A DNA stretch of 64,000 nt from Camelus dromedarius (taxonomy: Eukaryota). Below the pieces are notes generated by a model. That model did no database searches, had not been told where the DNA came from, and saw only the letters and a program-made list of their open reading frames with translations. A program made the translations under genes and the position numbers. The DNA is taken from assembly GCF_036321535.1 (NCBI RefSeq), contig NC_087436.1, forward strand, positions 93,870,001 to 93,934,000. Reading direction: 5' to 3'. Positions within the stretch are counted from its first letter, which is position 1, and every line of letters starts with the position of its first letter. Shown here in pieces: positions 1-12,600 of this stretch.

Positions 1-1607
1 TGTGACCATTTTAACAATATTGATTATTCCAATCCAAGAGCATGGAATATCTTTCCATTTTTTAAAGTCTTCTTTAATTTCCTTCATCAATGGTTTATAG
101 TTTTCTGTGTATAATTCTTTCACCTCCTTGGTTAGATTTATTCCCAGATATTTTATTACTTTGGGTGCTATTTTAAAGGGGATTGTTTCTTTACTTTCTT
201 CTTCTGTTGATTTATCGTTAGTGTAAAGAAATGCAACTGATTTTTGAACGTTAATTTTGTAACCTGCTACCTTGCTGAATTCTTCAATCAGCTCTAGTAG
301 CTTTTGTGTGGACCTTTTAGGGTTTTCTATATATAGTAACATGTCATCAGCATATAATGACACTTTTACCTCTTCTTTTCCAATTTGGGTCCCTTTTATT
401 TCTTTCTCTTGCCTGACTGCTGTGGCTAGGACTTCCAGGACTATGTTGAATAGGAGTGGTGATAGTGGGCATCCTTGTCTTGTGCCAGATTTTAGTGGGA
501 AGCTTTTGAGTTTTTCACCGTTGAGTACTATGCTGGCTGTAGGTTTGTCATATATAGCTTTTATTATGTTGAGATATGTTCCCTCTATACCCACTTTGGC
601 GAGAGTTTTTATCATAAATGGGTGTTGAATTTTATCAGATGCTTTTTCTGCATCGATTGAGATGATCATGTGGTTTTTGTCCTTTCTCTTGTTGATGTGA
701 TGTATTACACTGATTGATTTGCGTATGTTGAACCAGCCTTGTGTCCCTGGGATGAACCCCACTTGGTCATGATGTATAATCTTTTTTATGTGTTGTTGGA
801 TTCTATTTGCTAAAATTTTGGTGAGGATTTTGGCGTCTATGTTCATCAGTGATATTGGCCTATAATTCTCTTTTTTTGTAGTGTCTTTGCCTGGTTTTGG
901 TATCAGGGTGATGGTGGCTTCATAGAATGAGTTTGGGAGTATTCCCTCCTTTTCAATCGTCTGGAAGAGTTTGAGAAGGACTGGTATGAGTTCTTCTTTG
1001 TATGTTTGGTAGAATTCCCCGGTGAAGCCGTCCAGTCCTGGACTTTTATTTGTAGGGAGGTTTTTAATTGCTATTTCTATTTCCTTTCTAGTGATCGGAT
1101 TGTTCAAGTGTTCAGATTCTTCTTGATTCAGTTTTGGTGGACAGTATGTTTCCAGAAACTTGTCCATCTCCTCTAGGTTATCCAGTTTGGTTCCATATAG
1201 TTTTTCATAATATTCTTGTATGATATTCTGTATTTCTATTTTGTTTGTTGTAATTTCTCCATTTTCCTTTCTTATTTTGCTAATTTGTGCTCTCTTTTTT
1301 CTTCTTTGTAAGTTTGGCCAGAGGTTTGTCGATTTTATTTACTTTTTCAAAAAACCAGCTTTTGGTTTGGTTGATTTTTTCTATGGTCTTGTTAATCTCT
1401 ATTGTATTTAATTCCTCTCTGACCTTTATTATTTCCTTCCTTCTGCTGCTTTTTGGGGCTTTTTGTTCTTCTTTTTCTAATTCATTCAGGTGGTGGGTTA
1501 AATTGTTTATTTGAGATTGTTCTTCTTTTTTGAGGAAGGCCTGTATCGCTATAAACTTCCCTCTTAGCACTGCCTTTGCTGTGTCCCATAGGTTTTGAGT
1601 GGTTGTT
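1..1607 (-). mobile_element. Young LINE-1, 5'-truncated, ORF2 fragment (post-endonuclease region and reverse transcriptase); continues beyond window start
   Basis: Manual minus-strand translation gives [16 protein letters not shown], then a frameshift in an A-run near 1290, then an uninterrupted frame to base 1: [50 protein letters not shown] (343-354), [17 protein letters not shown]. Confidence 0.97.
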
Positions 1608-1687
1608 GGAATGGTTTTCCTTGTAAACTATTGTATTTCCTGTTACTGCAGATGTTAGCAGAGGTTATAGGAATTGTCTGGATGTTG

Positions 1688-1891
1688 TAGGATCAGCAAA
1701 CCACAGCACACAAGCCAAATCTGTCTCACCACCTGTTTCTGACACAAAGCCATACACATTTTTTACCATATTCTGTATGGTGCTTTCATGCTACAGTGGC
1801 ATAATGGAGCAGTTGTGACAGAGACCGTGCCCTTTAAAGCCTAAAATATTTACTATCTGGCCCTTTACAGAAAAAAAATTGACAAACTCTG
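1688..1891 (+). mobile_element. MER58A-like hAT-Charlie MITE
   Basis: Resembles MER58 consensus: gcagttgtgacagagacc...gcctaaaatatttactatctggccctttacagaaaaa; degenerate TIRs. Confidence 0.8.
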
Positions 1892-2189
1892 TTTTAAAGC
1901 ATCAGATATGGCTGAGGTGTCAAAATGACTCTTTGATCCCTTCCCAACTTGAGATTCAATGAGTCTGTGAAAACAGGGAATAAGTTTTGTTATCTAATGA
2001 GAATTTTGTATCTTCCTCTATCACATATCTGTGTTTATTTTAATATAGTATTCTCCTTCCCACTTCAATTCTTTGGGTAAAGATAATCCTCCCCGCGTAC
2101 TCCTGTACGTGTCCTTTAGTTTTGCGTTTTTCCTCTCCGCTACCATGTCCTCCTTGTGATGCAGTACCAACTCCTACTACTTAATCTAC

Positions 2190-2312
2190 TCTCCTTTTTT
2201 TTTTCTTTCCCCTTTCCCTCCCCTCTGTCTCTTCTCCCTTTCTCTTCTTTCCCCCTGTCTTTCCCCCTACTTCTCTTTGCCGTCCTTCTCCTCCCTCTCT
2301 GTCTGCTCTTTT
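2190..2312. repeat. Polypyrimidine (CT-rich) low-complexity tract
   Basis: Almost exclusively C/T for about 120 bp. Confidence 0.85.
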
Positions 2313-2982
2313 ATTCAAAAATTATTTATAAACACCATACAAGGCAGTATTTTAAACCTTGGGGCTATAGCAGTAATAGGATAGTCTCTGCCATCACAAA
2401 ACTTATATTGGTACCCCGATTTGAAAAGTACAGCCATTGTATGTTCCCAGATCACAAACAAGTGATTGTCACCAAAAAGGGTTTCAGAGAATCCAAAGAA
2501 AGATATGCTCACCAGCTTTCACAATGTGAGAAAACTGAGTGATCATTCCCCAGTAACTCAGGCTGGCTTTCACAGCCATGTCAACTGGCTGTTAATCTAA
2601 AGTGGGCAAACATCCTGATGACAAACATTTTTAATCTTCAACTAGAATGAGAGTGAGAAAAGATGGGGCACCACTGTCCCCAAAGAACAACTGCAGTGCC
2701 ACATGTGATTGTGTGTACGTGCCATATCAAAGTGCCCTCACCTCTAATTGCTGAAAGAGATTTTCTTTTGAGGATGAAAGGTACAGTTACTGAACAGGCA
2801 TTTGACAACATGAAGTAAATTATGTTTCAGGAGCCACCAATGCCCCACAGCCAATCTTCCTAATTTTATTGAAAATTGAAAATAGCTTCTGCTTCAGTCT
2901 CCATACAAAACATCTACACTCTAATTTTCCATTAATTAATTTTTTAAAACAAAGTCTTCTTTGGGAGAATGTACTTTATTAT

Positions 2983-3037
2983 TTTCTTTCTTTGTTTCTT
3001 TCTTTCTTTGTTTCTTTCTTTCTTTCTTCCTTTCTTT

Positions 3038-3113
<76 letters not shown>

Positions 3114-3128
3114 TTTTTCTTTCTTTTT
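2983..3128. repeat. (TTTC)n tetranucleotide microsatellite
   Basis: Directly visible; degenerate 5' part, long pure TTTC run in the 3' part. Confidence 0.97.
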
Positions 3129-3749
3129 GCTGTTAGGAACTTGAATTTAATAGAGGAGTAGTATAAATTATTATTCTGGAAAATAAGCAATGCTAGTTAT
3201 GGAAAATTCTGTAACTGCGATCCATTTAACCTAATAATTTAACAGTGTATTTAACAGTGTTTTTATCTCTAAATTGAGCTTTGTGTTCTGGCTGTTAAAT
3301 TCTAGCTTACAGAAAACTTCTAAAATGGAATTGCTACAAAGCTCTCCAGTTGTTTCAAACACAGGGACCTACTGTTTGGCAAACCTGCTTGACTTTATTT
3401 CTTTGTTCTCTTCTTGAATCCTGCTGCTGTCTGTTCTATTTCTCTGGGTATGCAGTTTATAGTTAAAATGCTTTCAAATTGAAACGTATGTTCAGGAAAG
3501 GTATTAAATAAGTCTGATGAGTAACTACCTTGACATTACATTGCTTCAAATAAACTTTCTAACGTCAGCTACTTAATAAGAAAATAGCTCTAATCTTACT
3601 TATTACTACTTTCTACTTTATTTGAACAAAACAACTTAAAAATTTACTATGTTTCTGAAAACATATCATATTATAGGTTTATCAAAATTCCTCTTACCTG
3701 CTGAAAATATTACAGATAGATTATCTACAGATAAATGTTAAGCAAATGA

Positions 3750-3840
3750 GGGGGGAGGCTAAAAGCTCAGTGGTAGAGCACCTGCTTTAGCACGCAAGAG
3801 GTCATGGGTTCAATCCCCAGTATCTCCATTAAAAAAAAAA
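3750..3840 (+). mobile_element. tRNA-Ala-derived camelid-type SINE (Vic-1-like), short form
   Basis: A-box-like agctcagtggtagag, B-box ggttcaatccc, A10 tail, TSD ttaagcaaatg (3738-3748 / 3843-3853). Confidence 0.88.
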
Positions 3841-4124
3841 GTTTAAGCAAATGCTATGAAAATTTACTGAGTTGAATGTAACATACAAGGGAAATTTATG
3901 TTGTATTTTTACTTATTACCCTCAAGACAGGAAAATTTCTGATTAACTTTGTTAAGTTGAACTGTATTTGCTGTCAGTTCTTATTTAATAAGTTTGATTA
4001 CTTGAAAATTGTCATTTTCCACTACTTAAATCTATAATCTTTTGTCATACTTCTGTATACATGATGGTAGGTAATGTGTATAATTACACATGAAAAAATT
4101 TAAATATTAGTGTAGGCACCATAT

Positions 4125-5320
4125 ATAAAAAATGGATAAAATGGACTTCATCAAAAGTTTAAATATATATATTATCAAAAGTAAAAACTTTAATGATATA
4201 AAGGACACTGTCAAGAAAATGAAAAGACAACCCACAGAATGGGGGAAAATATTTTCAAATCATATATTGATAAAGAACTTGTATCCAGAAATTATAAAGA
4301 ACTTTTGTAACTCAATGATAAAAAAAAGTCAAATATCCCAATTAAAAAAATAGGCATAGGATCTGAATAGACATTTCTCCAAAGAAAACACACAAACAGC
4401 TAATAAACACATGAAAAGATGCTCAACACTGTTAGTCATTATGGGAATGCAAATCAAGACCACAATGAGATACCACTTCACACCTACTAGGATGATTATA
4501 ATAAATAATAATAAGGAAAATAACAAGTGTTGGTGAGAACATAGAGAAATTGGAACCCTTTACATTGCTGGTGGGAATGAAAATGGTGCAGTTGCTTTGG
4601 AAAACAGATTGGTAGTTCCTCAAGAACTAAAACACTAAAAAAAATTACCTAAAAAAAAAGATATTGTTTTGGTTGTATCACTTAAATTATGGCTTAAACT
4701 ATATTGAAATAAAGCCATAACATACCTCCCCCCCAAAAAACCCTAAAACATAAAATTATCATTTTACTCAGCAATTTCATTCCTATATTTATATACCCAA
4801 GAAAACTGAAAAAAAAAAAAAAAAAAAAAAAGGTGTCCAAACAAAAACTTGTATATAAATGTCCATGGCAGCACTATTCACAATAGCCAAAAAGTGGAAA
4901 CAATCCAAATGTTCATCAGTAGATGAACAAATAAACAAAATGTGTCTATCTATACAATGAAATATTATTCAACCTATAAAAAAGAATCAAGGACTGATAC
5001 TTAATACAACATGGATGAAATTTGCAAACATTATCCTAAGGGAGAACAATCAGACACAAAGGCCACCCATTGTATGATTCCATTTATATGAAATGTTCAG
5101 AATAGGAAAATCCATAGAAACAAAAAATAGACTAGTGGTTGCCTGGGGTTGGGGGGAAGGAAGAATTAAGAGTGACTGTTAATGGATACGGGGTTTCTTT
5201 CTGGGGTGATTAAAATGTTCTGGAATTAGTGACAGTGATTGTACAACTTTGTTTCACCAAACCCCACTGAATTGTACACTTCAGAAAGTTGAATTTTAAG
5301 CAGTTGAATTATATCTTAAG
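4125..5320 (+). mobile_element. Old L1 (L1MB-like) ORF2 C-terminus and 3' UTR
   Basis: ORF 4132 reads MKRQPTEWGKIFSNH; gacatttctccaaagaa, caatagccaaaaagtggaaacaatccaaatg and typical 3' UTR; interrupted near 4635-4742. Confidence 0.9.
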
Positions 5321-6389
5321 GAAAAAGTTGTATGAGGAAAAAAATGCTAGTGTATAGCTCAAACCCACATAGACTGTGCAAATAAATTAATTTTGTCTGA
5401 TTCAAAAACAAAGGTGACATCAGAGTAATTCTTTATAATGATGTTTACATTGTATATATATAAAATATTAAGTATTAAGGTATAATTTGTTTACCAAACT
5501 CATGTTAACCTGGGGAAAAAATAAATTAGCAATTTATGAAAATTAGAAGGAAAGAGGCAGTTGGTGGTTCCAACAAAATATTTTCCACTTGATAATAATT
5601 TTCATAACCATATTAACAACTATTTATTAAACCTTTACCATTTGTAAGAGAATATAGTGTGCATTTTGATAGATTATCTGCTATAAGACCAGCACTGTTC
5701 TAGGCTCCATGGGGCTTGAGTGAGAATGGAATGACAGTCCTTGCTTGAAATCTGGTTCAGAAAGCAGGACTAAAGTAGCTGAAGCAGTTAGGGAGCAAGT
5801 GTATATATTTTAGGGCTGAATGCTATGTAAAGATTCCTAGAATTGCAATGCTGAATGTTCCTTAGTTCCTCAAACTTCTCTTTTTGCAGGTCCTAACTTC
5901 AGGAAATAAGTGCTGTAGAATTCTGAAAAGGGGCAAACACATCAATCCATTCAATAGATATTCAGTGAACTCACTATGTGCCAGACATCAATAAATGAAA
6001 TTATTACAAAAATGAAAATAAGACACAATTTAACTGTGTGCATCTAGCATTATGGGAAGGAAATAAGAGAGATTTTAATAATCTTATCAGATAGTCTTTT
6101 TCATTGTTGAACTTCTCCAGTTCAGTCCTACCTGTGATATCATACTAATAATCAGAATGAAGAAGCAATGAAATCTGTGGTTAGGAAACACAAGTGTTTC
6201 TCAAGGGACCCATGTATTCACATACATATATATTTTAATTTTTCTGTTGTCAAAGAGATTTTCATATTGGATGCAATAAACATTTAAAGCAGAATTTAAT
6301 GCTATTTTCAGGGTAGATAACATGAGATTAAGCTACCATTTAACTCTACCATTAATTTTTTTTTCCCCCCAGAAAGAACATAATGAATT

Positions 6390-6610
6390 CTGGATTCTGT
6401 CGTCAGAAATCGACAAGGTCCTCACTTTTAGTTACTAGCTGTGTAAACTTGGGCAAGTCACTTAATCTCTCAGCTTCAATTTTCTCATGTGTAAAAGGTA
6501 GGTAACAATATTTCCTACCTTGTTCAGTTGCCCGGAGTTCAAGGGTAATGTAAATAATGGTCTTGGCATTGTATCTGATACTTCATAGTCTTCAATTAGT
6601 ATTAACTATG
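6390..6610 (+). mobile_element. MIR SINE
   Basis: Core ctagctgtgtaaacttgggcaagtcacttaatctctcagcttcaattttctcatgtgtaaaa. Confidence 0.8.
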
Positions 6611-7284
6611 ATATTGAGGGGGAGAGGTTAATTAACCTGCCTTTTTCTCCAATTACAATTCACAAAGCAGCCTTGGAGTTTTTGGAAATGGTGGATGTAT
6701 TTTTCCCCTACAATAATGTCTGTTATATTTTTAGTATTACTTTTCATTACATATTTCTGAAAATAAAAACTAAAGTCTACAAAAAGTCTTAATTAAAAGG
6801 CAGGCTTGAGTGGGAACAATAAAACATTCTATGTACAACAAGTTTTAAAAAGGCTAACTTGCAGGGACCCAAGTTCCTTGAGATCAGAGCGGAAAAAACT
6901 CCTGTTTAAGGAACAGAGAGGATCCCAGGCAGAAGGCAGGGACCTGAGGAGCCAGCCGTGGCAGAACAGGGGTTTCTTTGAAGCATAATAAGAGGTTTTT
7001 CTTCTGGCAACAGACACCAACAGTTGTGAAATTGGAAATTCTATAAATTTATCCCCCACCCCCCCAAAAAAATGTAGATGAGAAACTGAGCAATGCATGC
7101 TTTATTAAAAACTGCAGGTCATCTTATGGACTGCGTCCTTGACTGAGTAGGCATCCTTTCAGAGTTAGGAAAAATAAGACACAAGAGTGTTTTTGCTGTG
7201 AGTCAGTAACTTAGTACTTTTATTTTAAAAGTTAGTAGTAGGTCCAGGCTCAACAATTCTCACTGTGAGCTTGCTGAGGGAGAT

Positions 7285-7380
7285 GAATTCCAAAGAGACA
7301 GAAAGTAGATTAGTGTTTGCCAGGATCTGGGGGTAGGAAGTGGATGGGGAGTGACTGTTAATGGATGTGGGGTATCATGA
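7285..7380 (+). mobile_element. L1 3' UTR fragment
   Basis: agagacagaaagtagattagtgtttgccagg...gagtgactgttaatgg, homologous to 5115-5190. Confidence 0.75.
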
Positions 7381-7399
7381 TTAAAATCAATGGGGTGAA

Positions 7400-9600
7400 G
7401 AGAATAGACATGGTTCCTGCCCTCATGGAGATTAGTATCTATGAGGGAGACAGACAAGCAAAACAATCATTGCAGGACAGTATGTTAAATTCAATAGAGG
7501 AAGAAGTGAAGGGAGCCAGGTCAGTAGCATTTATGCAGGAAGTAACTTCTAAGCTTAACTAGGAGTTAGTCAGTGGAAGACAGATGAGAGGCAGCAGAAA
7601 ATAAATCATGGTGTTCCTGACAAAATAGACAGTATATTTAGAGGCCCAGCGATGAAACTGCACATGGCATGTTTAGGGATCTGAAAAAAATCAGATCAGC
7701 AGGAACAGGATGGGAAGCAGGGAGAGACCCCAGATGGGAGTCAGGCTACACAGGGGCTCATAGGTCACATCAGGGAGTTTGAACTCTATCCCCAAAACAA
7801 TGGAGACCCATCAAAATGTTTTAAGGAGGCAAGTGACATGATCTGATTTGAGTTTTTGAGAGATCACTGCAGAATGGAGGATGAATGTGGGCAAGCAAGC
7901 CTGGAAACAGGGAGACTAGTTAGGAGGGATAATCTTGGTGAGAGATAGTGTGACTGAACCAGGGTGGTGGCACTGAGGATGCTGAGAAGTAAACAGAAGG
8001 AAGAGAAATTTTGGCAGTTGAATCAGCAGGACTTTGTGATTAATTGGAAGAGATGTTAGGAGGCAAGGACGATTCCATTTGGCAACCTGGGGCCATTCCC
8101 TGAGCTGAGAGCACAGAGAGGGAAGAGATTTGGTGAGATTTTAGTTTTAGAAATGTTAGGCTTGAGGTGCCTCTGAAGATATCCACATGAATGTGCCCGG
8201 TGGATAATCATGGGCAGTGGCTCAGAAGACTGGCCTGGAGCCACGGACCAGTGAGTCTAGAGATGGTAGTGGAAGCCATGGAAAGAGATGAGATCCTGGG
8301 ACAGCAGAATGAGAAGAGAAGGGGTCTCAGGGTAGAATCACGAGGAACACCAACAAGTAAGAAAAGAACTGAGGGGAAGAGCCTGCAAAGGAGACAGAAG
8401 CCTAGAGGAAGGAAGAGAATCAGAGGGTCATAGTGTCACATAAGGCAAAGAAAGGAAGACGTGGTCAGATGTGTCAAATGCTAAAGAAAAGTCAGTAGGA
8501 GAAGGCCTGAGAATTCTCTGTTGAATTTAGTAACAAGAAAGTTGTTGGTTAACTTTGGGATTTCAGTGGAAAACCAGATTTTATTAAGTGAGTTATCTGA
8601 AGATAAGGTGGTAGAAACAATCCTTTGAAGAAATGGGTCTGTGACAGAGCTGGAGAGAAATGTAGAATCAAATGAAGTTTTCTTCAAATAAGCAAACAAA
8701 AAGGGCACAAGGGAGTTAGCTAGGTTTAAATGATAGAAGGAGTTAGCCAATAAAGAGGGGGAAGTTGAAGATCTAAGACAGAAGGGTTTTAATGATAGAA
8801 AGAGCTATTACACAAGGCAGGAGGCATTTACTTCAGATAGGAGGAGAATAGGAGGGACTTCTCCTCCCTTGTAACAGAGAGGGAAGGAGAGGATGTTTTT
8901 GGATGCATTTAAGTTTCTGGGCTTCACGCAGCTTGTGCTAGAGCCAGCCCCTACTAGCTCACGGGAGCCAGTTGTTAAATTTTCAGAAATTTTGAGATCT
9001 GGTTAGATTATGTTAATAGCTTGAATCAGCCACAGTGGGAATATTTACACCATGGAAACTGGCAAACACTAGAAATTAGAACTCCCCCACATCCCGCTCC
9101 CCAGATTGCCAGTTACTAGGCATTTGCCAGCATACCTTTGGAGGGTAGGAAAGTGAAAGAGCGCCTATCTGAATAGCACTGTCTTCTCTGATGGGTAAGA
9201 AAGCAGACTGCATGCTCACGTCAGAGGTTTGAGGAAACTGAAAGAGAGCTTGAATCCTGCGACGTGTGGCAGACAGTGAGAGCCACTTAGGAAAATACAG
9301 AATGACTACCAGGCTGTATTGAGGGGCCAACTGAGGTTAGAGACCGTTAGTTTCTAGTGGAATCAGTCCATGCAGTTGTATGATTTCTCCTGCAAGCTCT
9401 GCAGCCTGGGGGTCTCTGTGGAGAAGGGAATAGGTGGTTTGATCCAGAGTCAGTCTTTTGCCTGGCAGTTGTGATGGAAGAACTAAATGGAGAAAGAATA
9501 ACAAAGCTGTTCACAGGAAGTAGCTGCAGTAATGGGCCATGGACCCCAAACCGCAAAGGGACAGAGGTGAAAATAGGAAGTGATAAGTAAGGAGTAGATG
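7400..9600 (-). mobile_element. L2 LINE remnant (long, degenerate), interrupted by MER63
   Basis: Purine-rich antisense L2 motifs: gacatggttcctgccctcatggag, gtgacatgatctgatttg, gccatggaaagagatgagatc. The right boundary is uncertain. Confidence 0.75.
8930..9137 (+). mobile_element. MER63A-like hAT-Blackjack MITE nested in L2
   Basis: gagccagttgttaaattttcagaaatttt...atatttacaccatggaaactggcaaac...catttgccagcatacc. Confidence 0.75.
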
Positions 9601-12600
9601 GAGGGGCCCTGTCTTCCTGGTGTCACATGCTTTGAGTCCTCTTGCTATCCTGGTCTCATCTTTGCAATTTGGCCCTCCCATTTGGCAATGCCACTTTTAG
9701 AATGTGACATCCAGATCCAAGACCCTCAACTTACATGATGCTCTAGCTTCATCTGACCATCAAATACTGCATTATTGTTCTTATCTGAGGCATCGTACTA
9801 TAAAGATTGCAATGCCCAAGAGCTTAGCAGCGTTATTAACCACACAGGATAAATGCGCTGAAGCAGGGTTCAGCAGATTTTTAACATTTTAGTGGGAATG
9901 ATCTGATATTTGAAAATCTTTGTTCATCATTTTGATGCACATTACCAGTGAATAATCACTGATATCCTGTAGTATACACAATCACTCTAGATCAACAATA
10001 GTGCATATAATTTTCATGAGGATACTATTTTGCATATTATCAGAACATACAAATATTAAGTAACATGGGGGAACTTCAGAGAGCTAATGTAAAAATCTCA
10101 AAATGGCCTTCAAGTAAGCTTATTTTCTTAGAGCCATTTAATTTGTTTATGGGGTATGATCAGAAGCTGACTTAATGATGGGACAATTAACTGGCAGTAT
10201 CACAAGAAAGAACAAATCTGCTCTTACAAGACAAGACTCAGGGGCACAGAAACTATTACTTTATTTATTTTTAAAGGAACTATTACTTTAATTTCAAATG
10301 ACAATGAATTTTTATAGCTGATCCTTGCTTATAGCTGCCAAAACATTCTAAAGAGTATAACTGTCAGAAATGTGTGTACGTGGTAGACTACATTCCCCAT
10401 GTCACCTTTCCCTGAGATTAAGTAAACTGAATGTAGTGCCAATGTCTAATTTCTCAATATTTATGTATATATATGTGTTACAGGAATTTTCCTTCTGAAT
10501 TAAAAATGTCATTTCAGTGAGATAACTGAATTGATGGTACTCTTGTGTTTCAGTTCATCATGATTAGTGCCAGGTTCAATAAATGTAATTCATTTTCACT
10601 CACCGCCCTGAGATTAGTTGGATGTCATGGCTTTGAAATAGCTAGATTCCCTGGGGCTACGGGTGTAAATCTTGCCCATAACTTAACGTTCTTTCTTATG
10701 AGATAAGTGAGAGTGAATGGCACACAGTTTTCATACTGAGGAGGGCACTTCCTTCTCCATCAAAGTGATTAATTACATCCCTGCATTTCTTACTTGGGTA
10801 GCTGACCTCTCAAAAACATAGCAAACAAAGCTATTGATTTTAGTTCCTTCACAGTAGAATTTTTTTCTTACTTTTTTTTTCCTTAATCATTTGTCTTTGC
10901 TAACTTTGGGGTATTTGAATATGTAGTAAGAGGAAGAAGTATCCGGGAGAGCAGGAAGTGTGCAGATGGTTTTCTTTCTTGTGTCGCTCTTCACACTGGC
11001 CAGCAAGGGGAGTTATAGGAACAATTTCAGGTGTTTGAGCCGAGGCATTTGTGAGCATACTTCTCACAGCTGAGTATCAGTCATGGCGTCTCTTACACTG
11101 GACTTTCTGCATAGATCAGCTAGTATTTTACTGTTGTGTAGCAGTGTAGTTTTCCTTTCGTTTCATAGTTGCTGACCAAAAATCAGTTGTGAACTTCAAG
11201 GTAAAAAATCTACAGGAATAGTGGAACACTGGAAATGAAGTGAGCTTATATGCCCAGGTGGCATAAAAATCTAATTGTAGCCAGGAGCAGTCCAAGCCCC
11301 CTTAATGCGAGTAAGACAGCATTCAGCTGGCTTCAATAAAAAGAGACTTAAATGGAAGGGAGGTGGCCTTGAGGAGCACCGCCTCGGCTGCCAGGACTGA
11401 GAAGGCCATTGTTCTAAGTTCTCCTGGGGCTCATGGAGATTGACAAGGCACCTGCTGCCTTCCAGAGCCAGCCTTTCAGGTTAGCCCTGAAAACACCCAA
11501 GGCTGGGACACTCCCCTGGCCTCTGGTCCCAGCCATCCAGGTGCCAGAGATTCAAGGATGTGGGGAGAAGGTGCGGGAAGAGCCCTCAGGAGGGATCTGG
11601 AGAGACTGTTTCCACTCCACAAGCAACCCAGAACAGCTCTCTCCCCTTTAAATCACACTTAATGCCACTTAGCTCCATCCAACTTTCTGTGGTCCTCTGT
11701 GAAGTCCCTCTGCTAGTAACATTTAGTCTCTAACCACTTTCACCAATAATGGTTCACTTCATTCTCATAGTTTGGGACCAGGATCAATGATTATGTACCC
11801 TACTTTGTACCTTGATACTGCTTCCCCAACCCCCATCCTGGCTGCACAAAGTAATATTTTGCTTTTAATGGTATATAGACTAAAAATCAGTAATCAACTG
11901 GTTTCCTCTATGTGAAAGTCAAATTGTGATTTCAATTATTTTAAAGATACATTTTGAATAAATTACGATCCTATGCTTTGCTTATGAACAGACTGAATTG
12001 TATGAAGAAGAGAATCTGGTCCTGAGAGTAGAAGTAGATTTGAGTTCTGACTGTGCCATTTAAGAGCTATATAATCATGTCGTATCACATAATGTGGGGG
12101 GACTTAAGTATTCTCACTACAAAAATGGGGAGGGTGGACAAACTGAGTGGACAAGATTCCAGACATGAGAGGCAGGCAGAGCAGGGTTTTAATCCCGGCT
12201 ATTTCATGTATTAGCTAGATGACTTTAAGCAAGTGATTATTAGCATTATTTTAAGTCTTTAATGAGATCATGTACATGAAAGCCTTAGCATCATTCTTAG
12301 AATATAATGACTCAATAAAGAACAGCTATGATAATAACCATGATAATGATCATAAGTATTAAGATCCATTAGGGCTTTTTTTTTTTTAACTCTAGAATGC
12401 AATGACTTCATTCTGAAATGTGACCAATTGCTCTGAATGCATCTGTTCATTTGATCTTATGCTTCTTCAGAGACTTTGTTAAGAAATAGACTGAAATTAT
12501 AGAGAACTTTGCAAAGTGTTTAGATTTTGTTATATAGTACTACAGGAAGGTATTCAGCAAACAATGTCATTATAGGCATTGTGATAAATGCAGTCAATGG

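Noticed and set aside
272..628. 118-aa plus-strand ORF (and ORFs at 1220 and 1287)
   Set aside because: Antisense shadow frames of the L1 ORF2 on the minus strand.
2742..2750. Possible 9-nt minus-strand micro-exon (tctctttcag|CAATTAGAG|gtgagg)
   Set aside because: Short pyrimidine tract and no host gene evidence; such patterns arise by chance.
2869..3190. F/L/S-rich and K/E/R-rich ORFs resembling membrane or basic proteins
   Set aside because: Translations of the (TTTC)n microsatellite.
4809..4831. Long poly(A) as a separate retro-insertion (also 30105-30122, 32156-32172)
   Set aside because: No flanking TSD; consistent with slippage expansion of a native A-run.
10997..11014. CTCF-like tggccagcaaggggagt
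   Set aside because: About three mismatches in the core relative to CCASYAGRKGGCRS.
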